A stretch of DNA of 14,925 nucleotides from the NCBI RefSeq assembly GCF_000400465.1, contig NW_008806308.1:1-14925 (forward strand). The letters run 5' to 3'. The position numbers and the translations under genes are program-made. Below the pieces are notes generated by a model that did no database searches, was not told the DNA's origin, and saw only the letters and a list, made by a program, of their open reading frames with translations. Source of the DNA: Wallemia ichthyophaga EXF-994 (Eukaryota; Fungi; Basidiomycota). Shown piece by piece: positions 6,258-14,925 of this stretch (positions within the stretch are counted from its first letter, which is position 1; every line of letters begins with the position of its first letter).

Positions 6258-9200
6258 CTACACTTTATTCCACTGCTCTATCCTCGCTGCGACGCCTGGA
6301 AATCTTCCCTCGTCCTTCTCATCAGAGCTTTTCTGACTGGGGCTTGCATCAGCATACATTGACACAGGTCGTGCGTTTGAGTGTTTGTTTGGGATTCGTT
6401 TCGGTGAAATGTGCTGTTTTTCTGGACTCTTAGGTATGATCGGTGTCGCAGGTGTTGTCAATGTCGCAGGTGCTTTGGACGTTTTTTGTCCCGCCATAGA
6501 CTCTGGTTTGGGTTTAGGTTTGACATGCGACAGTGGAGCTTTATCCCCCTTAACTTCCATCTCCTGTACGTCCATTGTCATGGTCTCATAACGATCTACC
6601 ATAGATGCAGCACGGGCGTGTGTGCGTGGGCGTGAATGCAATATGTGTCTGCGTCCTGAATTTTGCGTGGTGTTGGCGGTGGTATTTGAGTTTTGCGATA
6701 GTGAATGTGTCTGCTCTTCATTGTCATTCTCCTTCCTACTACTACTTTCTGATGATTTGGTACTTGTGAGTTTAGGTTTGGGTTTGACGGACGGCTTTGC
6801 GTCTGCTTGGGATGACACGCGAGACTGCTGAGACTGCTGAGACTGAGACTTTGATGGGTAGTCTACATCTACGTCTATCAGCTGTGAAGTTGCTGGAGCT
6901 GTAATATGTCAGTTGCCATCTTCTAATTTGCACAGACGTACATGTATCGGCTGTCACTGTTGAGGTTTGCGTGTTTGTCTGTGTACCAGTGCCACCAGAA
7001 TCAGGATCTGGGTATATATCGACAAGCATTCCGGTGTGTACTGCCTTTTGACCTCTATCTCTATCGCTATCTCTTTCTCCCTTTCTTTCTCTATCTCTCT
7101 GCCATGTGTTCTCTGGTTGGACCGAATGCACCGATGGATCGCTGTCAAGTAGCGCTTTTTGCGCACTTTGCACAGCCTGTGCACTTTCCGTACTCCGTAC
7201 ACCCTCTTCTTTCACTGGCGATATCAGCGGGTATGCATTCTTGTCGTATCCTTTATCGAGCACATCGTGCACGTCGCGCTCCGACTGCGCTTTGGTGCGT
7301 TCGGCGTCCTTCTCAATCAATATCTGGAGGTTACTCTTTTTCTTAGAAGGTGGTGGTGATGAGTGTGGTAGTGTGCTTGTTTTGTGTGTTGTGTGTGGTG
7401 TTGCCGAAGTGCTGAATTTATCGAGCTCGTGCTGCTCACCAACTCCGCTTACAAGAGGGGAAGGTGGACGTTGAGAAGAAGGCGGATTAGACGGTGTCTG
7501 ACCAAGCTCTGTAGACGGCGCTTGCACGGTGTTGTCGACCTCCTGGCGCAACTCCTGTGGCTTTTTCTCTTCTTCACTTTTTTGCTTCTCTTCTTTCTCT
7601 TTCACCACCTGCTTCTCTTGCTCCTCTTCCTCCAAATTTTTCTCGTTGGTCGTGGATGATATGGCATAGTTCCTACTCAGCGGATACTCAATATCTTCCG
7701 CATCGTCGTCGGAGGATGACAGGGAATGTGAGTGTGAGTGTGGGCGAGGGTGAGTATCAGACAATGTATTTGAATTGCTGTCAATTCTTCCACCAATTTC
7801 CTCTTCATCTTTACCACGCGCATCTGGCACATTCAAGTTTTGCACGCTCTGCAAATCTTGCATGTGTTCTGACGGTATGAGCGGCGAAGGTGAGCGCACT
7901 TCAACCTTATTCGACAGGTGAGGGGGGAGTGCGCCGTTTTTGTGCTCGTAGATGTCGTGTTGGTCACTTTCCACTTTCCACTTCTCCCTTCCACTACCAC
8001 TACCAGCCCCGGTGACATCCATCAAATCCTCCATCTGCACACTCTTCCCACTGCCAGGGCTAGAAGATGACAGTTGGCGAGGGACGCGTAGATGACGTGG
8101 GAGTATCTCCTCGATCACTAGCTCGTCTGGACTATCTGGACTGTCTGGGGTGTATGGGCTTTGTGCATCTTTCACGCCATCTACGCGCACAGTTGTGCGT
8201 GATAGAGTATCAAATTGATCGCCAAACGCTTCCAGATCTGGGAAACGCGATTCAGGGTCGTCATTGATATTGACATCGTTAGTGGGAGTGATAGTCGGAG
8301 TAGAGCTAGTTGTACTTGTAGCTGTAGGGGTATCAACAGCGGTATTAGCCGGCATGGTGGGTGGATTGCGCGTGGATGCTGGTGATTGTCTTTGATTGCC
8401 TTGGTTCAACTTGTTAGGGAGGGATTTGGATGTGTGTGGAGTGGGAGTGGGGGTCTTTGCAGACGTCGTTGATGTCGTTTGTATTGTCTTAAGTGGCTGG
8501 AGTGGTTGGGAGGGGGTGTCTGAATGGCTTGCTTGAACACCTCTAACAGCTCCGCCTGTGCGGTGATCACCACTCTCACCTGACTTCACACGTCCTCTAC
8601 GCAGTGGCGGCGTATCGGAGGGGGAAAGCAGGTTTTGCTTGTAAATGGCGGGCTGCTGTGGGGGAGTTGGAAGCGGGCGGCTTTTACCTTTCACAGGAAT
8701 AGGTGAGGGTTGTTTGGGTTGCTTGGGTTGTGGAGGATGGAATAAATGTAGCGTTCCGCGCATCTGGTGGACGCGTCTGAGTATATCCACAGCAGCTGGT
8801 CTCTCGCGTGGGACCTGCCTCAACATTGAGCTGATAAGTGTGTTGAGCGTGGAGGAGTAGAGTGGTGAAGTGGGTATAGTGTATTGTGCGTGCAGAATAG
8901 CCAGACTATCCACGCCCCCTTGCCCATTCTCGAATGGAGTGGTATAATAGCATAGCTTGTACAGCAGCACGCCAAGTGCCCAGATATCGCTCTTCTCGTC
9001 AATGTACCGTGATTGGGGAAGGTTTATCATTTCTGGTGATCTGTATTGCAGCGTTGTAACTCGGTTTATTTCCTCTTCTAGCCGTTTTATATCGTCGACG
9101 GATGACAGCTGTTGTGGATGCACTGGGAGCAGAGTTGCGCTGCCAAAATCGCACAGCTTGTACACGCTCCCTGAGGATTTGAGAATGTTTTCTATTTTAA

Positions 9201-9724
9201 GGTCGCGGTGGAGGATTCTGAGAGAGTGCATGTGTGCGAGTGCATCACTCACGCCCACAAAGACATCGAGTATCTGCTGCTCGGATAAGCGCGTTTTTAG
9301 GTGCTGGTTCATAACGTCAATCAAACCACCACCGGGGCACAGCTCCATCAGTATAAACACCTCGTGACCGCCCTGCGGAAGTTTATACGCAGCGGCGTCG
9401 ATGAGGTTGACAATGTGAGGCGAGTTGCGCACCAGCTTCATCATCTCCACTTCGTTGCCGACTTCTTGGAGAGAGGCGAGTGAGGCTACGGCTACACGCT
9501 TGAGCACGTGGCTGTAGGCGTTGTAGATGGGCAGCTGGGAGGTGCAGATGTAGACGTGGGCATATCCGCCTGAGATGGGAGATGAAAGATGTGCTACGTG
9601 AGCGAGATGGAGATGAAATATAACGTATATGCTCACCGGCGCTGAGATATCTGTCGATAAACAGCGTGTGCACCCCAACTTTGATCTTTGTGCCGCGCGA
9701 GAGTAAGCCGGGAGATGAGTTCAT
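6258..9724 (-). CDS. NAK-family (Ark1/Prk1/Akl1, AAK1-like) Ser/Thr kinase regulating endocytosis and actin patches, with a long disordered C-tail; about 1118 aa, 3 exons
   Basis: Exons 9724-9637, 9569-6942, 6898-6258 total 3357 nt; introns 9570-9636 (67 nt) and 6899-6941 (43 nt). Spliced Gly-loop DRYLSAG|GYAHVY, then VLKR, HRDLKIENIL, LCDFGSA, TTLQYRSPEMI and KSDIWALGVLLYKLCYYTTPFE, which are diagnostic of fungal NAK kinases. Confidence 0.93.
6821..6850 (-). repeat. In-frame coding tandem repeat (SQSQQSQQS) in the kinase tail
   Basis: Plus strand reads gagactgct gagactgct gagact gagact. Confidence 0.7.
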
Positions 9725-9788
9725 GGAGGTACGGGAACAAGAAGGATATTCAGTGATAAAAAGAGATTGCAGGAGATGATAAGAGATG

Positions 9789-10085
9789 TCAATCTAATAT
9801 CTGGAAGGTATTGCGCTCAAGCTCCTTCTCAACTTCAAATTTAATAGTCTGTACGCTGTCAGGGCTGACGAGGATGTGCTGGAGATCTAAATCCTGGATA
9901 ATGAATCTCTTCCTGTCGTTGAGATTGAGGATAATCTGCTTCACGGCGGGATCGCTGTGGGTGGTGAGAAGGAGCCTATGAAAACAGTGCGAGCACACCA
10001 ACTAATAAGAATTCCTGGATTTAATTTAAATTTTGAATAATTTATGTTTCCCGTGATTACACTCACCTTTGCTGGCTTTGACCAT
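9789..10085 (-). CDS. TFB5: TFIIH subunit Tfb5 (p8/TTD-A); 66 aa, 3 exons
   Basis: Exons 10085-10067 (19 nt), 10014-9999 (16 nt), 9954-9789 total 201 nt; introns 52 and 44 nt. Product: MVKASKGILISCDPAVKQIILNLNDRKRFIIQDLDLQHILVSPDSVQTIKFEVEKELERNTFQILD. Confidence 0.92.
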
Positions 10086-10178
10086 TACAGTGAGGATTGT
10101 GGAGATATGAGGAAATTATCAGCGTCAAAAGCCGATAAATCTTTAGACTGGCGCTGTGTCCGGGGCTCTGGGAACTCA

Positions 10179-11759
10179 ATGGAAGATGAAATTATGGATC
10201 TGTACAAGTCAACTCTCCCCTCCGCTGCTGTTATAAACAAGCGTAACGATCTAATCACCAGAGTTTCATCCACAATTTCCAACAAATACGGGTCCAATTA
10301 TGCCGTTCAATGTTTCGGCTCCACTTGCTACCAAGTTGATTCCGCCTCTTCCGATCTCGATCTCGTCATGACCGATAGACACCGCCCAAACGGCTTTGAT
10401 CCTTCTGTTGACATGGATACACTCCCATCCGCGTACAACCCCAACAACGTCGCTAAAACCCTCCTCAACCACAATTTCAATCAAGTCCAGCCAATCTTCG
10501 CCGCCGTGCCTATTGTCAAATTCTCTGACTCAAAATCCAATCTCCAGTGCGACTTGAACGCTAACAACCTCTTTGGCATACGCAACTCCCTCCTTATCAA
10601 AGCCTACCTCGATCTCAGTCCGATAGCCAGGCCAGTCGTGCTCGCTGTGAAGAATTGGGCTAAATTGCGTGGTTTGAACGACAGCGCTGGTCAATATGGC
10701 CCTACAACCCTCTCATCCTACACGCTTATCCTTATGGTCATCTCATTCCTCCAGGTCGTGGGCCACCTACCCAACCTCCAAGACCCTGACCAGATCCGTG
10801 CAGCAGGCCTGCAAGAGCAGCGTCTCTGGGTGCGTCCCCCCACCAAGCGTCCAAAGGATCTCAAGAAGGAGCGCTCAAGATCTGACAATTCAAATACAAA
10901 TACAAATTCTCAGTCTGTCTCACCACCTACGAGCAACGTTCGCGTCTCATTCGACACTACTTTCGTTGAAGCACCCCTGCGCAACTTTGTCCCTTCCCCG
11001 CTCTCCCTCTCCACCGCTCTCAGCGGTTTCTTCTACTACTACTCGACGCGTTCCAACAAAATCGACAACGATTACTGGCGGGTGAGTGGGCCATTCAACT
11101 ACGAGACGAGCATTATATCGATAAAGCATGGTGGGTTTTTACCACGCGACGATCTTTTTGTGGATCCATATAGTGGGAGTGTGAGTGGAGGTGGAGGTGA
11201 GAGCGAGAGTGGTGCGAATAAAGACAAGAACACCAACAATATCCAACCAAGTCAGCCCTTGCAGTGGCGTGAACAACTCCTTGTCACCCAGGATCCATTT
11301 ATCGTTACTCGAAACACTTCCACCAATGTCCGCTCAGGAACGAGCAGCCATATCATAGAGGAGTTTGCGCGGGCTTATGAGCTCGTTAGCTGTGGCAAGA
11401 GCTATTCGGAACTATGCGAGAAACGCACGACGGCATTCCAAGGCGAGCCTGGGCCTGGTAGCTTCAGACGCCCGCTGAGGAAGATGGTGAGCAGACGGAA
11501 AAAGAGCGGCGGGAAGCAGCCTGCGGATGGTCAAGAGAGCAAGGAGAGCGAGGGGAGCAGGGATGCTAAGGTTACTAAGGATGCCACGGAGAAGGACAGC
11601 AAGGCGGATAAAGATAAAGACAAGGTAGACAAGGAAAAAAGAGAAGCTGCGATCAAACGCAAAAGGAATGCTCGAAAGAAGGCTCTTAGTAAGAGTAAAA
11701 GTGCGAGTGGGAATACTGGTGCCGATACTGGTGCTACTCCCGCCAAAATCTCCACATAG
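10179..11759 (+). CDS. Cid1-family non-canonical poly(A)/poly(U) polymerase (terminal nucleotidyltransferase, Pol-beta fold plus PAP-associated domain) with a basic C-tail
   Basis: Uninterrupted ORF. Motifs: FGSTCYQVDSASSDLDLV (GS plus DxD, 10314-10361), third Asp in QCDLNANNLFGIRNS, VKNWAKLRGLND...TLSSYTLILMVISFLQ, and nucleotide-recognition motif QDPFIVTRN (11289-11315). The start is uncertain: in-frame ATGs lie at 10044 (inside the TFB5 intron, antisense), 10107, 10179 and 10194. Confidence 0.9.
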   Translation: MEDEIMDLYKSTLPSAAVINKRNDLITRVSSTISNKYGSNYAVQCFGSTCYQVDSASSDLDLVMTDRHRPNGFDPSVDMDTLPSAYNPNNVAKTLLNHNFNQVQPIFAAVPIVKFSDSKSNLQCDLNANNLFGIRNSLLIKAYLDLSPIARPVVLAVKNWAKLRGLNDSAGQYGPTTLSSYTLILMVISFLQVVGHLPNLQDPDQIRAAGLQEQRLWVRPPTKRPKDLKKERSRSDNSNTNTNSQSVSPPTSNVRVSFDTTFVEAPLRNFVPSPLSLSTALSGFFYYYSTRSNKIDNDYWRVSGPFNYETSIISIKHGGFLPRDDLFVDPYSGSVSGGGGESESGANKDKNTNNIQPSQPLQWREQLLVTQDPFIVTRNTSTNVRSGTSSHIIEEFARAYELVSCGKSYSELCEKRTTAFQGEPGPGSFRRPLRKMVSRRKKSGGKQPADGQESKESEGSRDAKVTKDATEKDSKADKDKDKVDKEKREAAIKRKRNARKKALSKSKSASGNTGADTGATPAKIST

Positions 11760-11896
11760 ACACCAGCCATCTCGCAAAAATTTTCATTTCTTAATTTCCC
11801 GCTCACCTATACTTGCCAGCAGTACAAACATTATATTTATTAAGTCATAAGTCATGCATATCCATGTACAATTCACACATACATCTTGATAACATC

Positions 11897-14770
11897 ATGC
11901 CATCATCGACGTCAGATACCGCTGACGGTGCGCCACCAACGATAAAACGACTACGGTTGTCACGCGCATGTGATCGCTGCCGGAAGCGCAAAGTGAAGTG
12001 CGATGAAGGACATCCCTGCCAGGCCTGTCAGTTAGCGCACACGGCGTGTACGTTTGTCGAGGAAGCACCAGCGCCCAAACCGCGCAAGAATCAGAATGAG
12101 AAGAACGTCGCTGAGCTGGAGGCGCGTATGGGTGCGCTCGAGAGGGTGCTCGGTGCGATACCGCCGTCTATCGCCCAGGCTGCGCTGTCCAAACTGGATA
12201 CGGCGCTGAGTGATGCAGACACAGACACTATCACGCACGACACACACGATAAACACGATAAACACGATAGTCTCGCTGATCAGCTCGCCGCTCTCTCTCT
12301 GTCTCCCAGCTATCTGTATCTCGATCACCAGGGGAATCCAGCTTGGGCTGGCCCGACGTCTGGATTGCCCCTGATTGACATGCTAAACAGTCGTGAGCGT
12401 GGCAGCGACTCAAGCGAGGGGGAGATTGAGCAGCGTCAGCGGGATCAGCAGGATCAGCGGGATCAGCGCAATCAGGAGCATCACCACCACCAACCACACC
12501 ACCTACAAGACTGCTTACCCGGCCGCAAGCCAAAGCATACTGGCATCGAACCTGTCCTTGTCTGGACGCAAGTCTCCTCGCACATCCCCATAGATCTCAT
12601 AAACACCCTTATACGCACGTACATGGCCACCACCCATCTTCTCTGGCCCTTTCTGCATATCCCCACATTCCTCCAGGTGTGTCAGGTTAGTCTCGAGAAG
12701 TTTTTCATTGATTCTGACGCGGTTGCTTAGGATTACGCCACTCCCTCAGCATGGGGTGAGCCGGGCTTCGCGTCGCTAGTAGTGGCGATCTGCACGATAG
12801 CATCGCGGCACATCGACGATGTGCGCGTCCGTTCCGACGCTGCTGACCCGGCGTCGAGTGGGCGGTCGTACCTAGTTCTTTATGAGCGGCTCCGCGAGAT
12901 CCAGAACGCGCATGGGGGAACTGGCAGCGGGAATGTGTACTACATACAGTCCACCTTCCTCATAGCTATTTATCTCATTGGGTCAGGTAAGCTCGGGAGG
13001 GCGTTCGCCACACTCGCTAAGTCTATCACGCTATCTATCGATTCTGGGCTTCATCGCTCGCTCGAACATTACGACCTCGGTACCGATATGGGCGTCTGGA
13101 TGGAGGTTCGTAAGCGCACGTTCTGGAGCGTCTTTTGCTGGGATAAGCAAGCTGCTGCTGCCTTTGGTAGGCCACCTATGATCCGTCTCCGTGACTGCGA
13201 TCTCGATGAACCACTCGATGTCGACGACGAGCACCTAGCATCTGTCTTGAGTGGAGGTCAGTCCACTTCTACGTCCACGTCCACGTCCACCTCGCGAATC
13301 AGACCATTCATACACATGATACGGCTGCATGTCGTACTAGAGCGAGTGCTCGACGGGGTAAATACGCCACCCGTCTTCTCTAGCAGCCCCTTTCTCACGA
13401 AAGCAGCGTCAGTAGGACAAAATGGTGCGCTCGCGGCGGCCGAGGGGCTGCTGGAGGAGTGGCGGAGACAACTGCCCAGCGACCTCCTCTACAACGACGC
13501 TACTATCGCCAGTAACGACGCCTACCGCCTCACGCAGGCTGAACGCATTCACTGTCTAGAACAGCTCACGCGCATGCTCGTCTACCGCCACCGCTTCTCT
13601 GCCGGTGCCGCGGGTGCCGCGGGTGCCGCAGGTGCTGGTAAGATGGAGGGGCAGTCGCAGTCGCAGTCTCACCACTACGATAATTACGCTCACGCCGCTC
13701 AGCAGGCGGCACTCACTATCATCGCCGCCCATTCCCATATCTCCCGCAGAGGCCTGCTGACGCACTACGGTGTGCATGTCATACACCAGCTCACGCAAGC
13801 GGGGCGCACCCTTGTTGCCGTTGTGCTCCAGTCGCGACGCAGTGCAAGTAGCGCAGGTAGCGGCAGTGACGGCGAAGGTGGGAGTGCAAGTGGCAGCAAA
13901 AATAGAAGCTCTCCCAACACCCATATCGCCGTCTCCCTCGAAGCGCTCCGCGTCGCCGTCGGACTCCTCCGTCAATTCGCTATTAGGTATGGGTGCGGCG
14001 CGCGCAGTGTTGATGTTCTCGTCGAGTTTTGCAGAGTTTGCCACATTCCCGTGCATGAATGCGACCAGGAGCAAGAGCAGGAGCAGTCGCAGTCTCTTGC
14101 GTCGAATAGTAGCGGTAACGCTTGGCTCCGTCCTGTGCCTCTCAAACGTGACGGCAGGGAGGTTAGGTGGGATGGTAAAGGTGAGGTGCGCGAGCAATAC
14201 CAAGCACAGGAACCCAGTCGGCAGCGGAAGCAGGAGCAGGAGCTGAAACAGAATCAGAATCAGAATCAAAAACGTCCTTGGAAACCACCTAAAGAGGAGC
14301 ATTACGAGAACACCCACGGCACAAATCCCCCTCCCTTTTTCCCTGGTCTGGACATGCAGTGGGATCCTAGTGCTGGGAGTAGCAACTCACTCAATTTCTT
14401 CCCAGAAAGTTCAAGCACTGGAGCATTGGTGAATGATTTCAGGGAAATGAGTGAGATGAATGATATGAATGATATGGATGATCTGAGGGACTTAGGTACA
14501 CACCCTAACCTGTCACATTCACACCCAAAGCAGCCTCCTCCCCCTCCCACTAACAACACCTCCTCGGCAGCTGACATACTTAATCTCCTCAATACGGGCA
14601 GATTCGACGTCGATGCTCTGCTCGATGGCACTTCGCAGCCGGCGCGCGCTCTCGACACTGACGATCTCGAGATGCTCGGCGTCGGTGATCTCATTCACCC
14701 CTCCCATCTTATACGCAATATGGAAATAGAAGAGGAGCATGCCTTGTCTCAGTGGTCGCATACCACTTAA
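11897..14770 (+). CDS. Zn(II)2Cys6 (Gal4-type) transcription factor with a fungal-specific TF middle homology region; about 939 aa, 2 exons
   Basis: Zinc cluster CDRCRKRKVKCDEGHPCQACQLAHTAC (11969-12049, C-2-C-6-C-5-C-2-C-6-C). Exons 11897-12676 and 12731-14770; intron 12677-12730 with a CTGAC branch. Middle region has GLHRSL...EVRKRTFWSVFCWDK...AAFGRPPMIRLRDCD, followed by an acidic-hydrophobic C-tail. An alternative in-frame ATG lies at 11864. Confidence 0.93.
12437..12475 (+). repeat. 9-nt coding tandem repeat (QRD/QQD) x4 in the Zn2Cys6 factor
   Basis: CAGCGGGAT CAGCAGGAT CAGCGGGAT CAGCGCAAT CAG. Confidence 0.75.
13601..13636 (+). repeat. 9-nt coding tandem repeat (GAA)n in the Zn2Cys6 factor
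   Basis: GCC GGTGCCGCG GGTGCCGCG GGTGCCGCA GGTGCT. Confidence 0.75.
14447..14482 (+). repeat. 9-nt coding tandem repeat (MSE MND MND MDD) in the putative activation region
   Basis: ATGAGTGAG ATGAATGAT ATGAATGAT ATGGATGAT. Confidence 0.7.
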
Positions 14771-14925
14771 TTTGGTGTAATATACTACATCTGCTTTATT
14801 TGCTTTGCATTATTTGCTGTGTTTCGGTGTGTTGTTGTGCCACCTCTATCCGTCCACTTTCGACAGACACGTTAGCATAAGCACTGCTTCTAACAGTCAT
14901 TAATCCGGTTGCACCTCCAAAACGC

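Noticed and set aside
6772-9678. 968-aa ORF taken as the full kinase
   Set aside because: Its N-terminus reads through intron 9570-9636 from a non-ATG start and its C-terminus reads through intron 6899-6941. The spliced model restores the Gly-loop and joins the 6258-6898 exon.
2612-10085. Functional clustering (AP-1 sigma with a NAK kinase; MLH3 with TFB5)
   Set aside because: The genes are non-adjacent housekeeping genes with no shared motif seen, so co-location is explained by gene density unless synteny data show otherwise.
13556-14317. 253-aa minus-strand ORF, plus other ORFs of 60-160 aa within the TF and kinase
   Set aside because: These are antisense or alternative-frame ORFs inside GC-rich, repetitive coding sequence with no domain signature.
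1-14925. Mobile elements, CRISPR arrays, tRNA or rRNA genes
   Set aside because: I saw no transposase, RT or integrase motifs, terminal repeats, regularly spaced repeats or tRNA cloverleaf. The short repeats are coding microsatellites or splice and poly(A) signals.

Overview
Eukaryotic, fungal (basidiomycete-type) genomic DNA from an extremely compact genome. Introns are 39-67 nt and intergenic gaps are 14-179 nt; a Wallemia-like organism is my inference, not a search result. After about 1.1 kb of AT-rich sequence with no supportable gene, eight protein-coding genes follow. Splice models were built by hand and all close in frame: LAG1/LAC1 ceramide synthase (-), AP-1 sigma subunit APS1 (-), a shrunken MLH3 (+), TMA46/ZC3H15 (-), an Ark1/Prk1-type NAK kinase (-), TFIIH subunit TFB5 (-), a Cid1-family RNA terminal nucleotidyltransferase (+) and a Zn2Cys6 transcription factor (+). 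There is no evidence of a mobile element, CRISPR array, rRNA or tRNA. The most notable observations are: (1) an MLH3 with an intact endonuclease motif whose GHKL ATPase appears to have lost its catalytic residues and ATP lid; (2) two interlocked head-to-head gene pairs, one with start codons only 14 nt apart, where promoters probably lie in the partner's intron or coding sequence; (3) an Arg at the nucleotide-selecting position of the Cid1-like enzyme; (4) TAG acceptors that act as in-frame stops in 3n, phase-0 introns.
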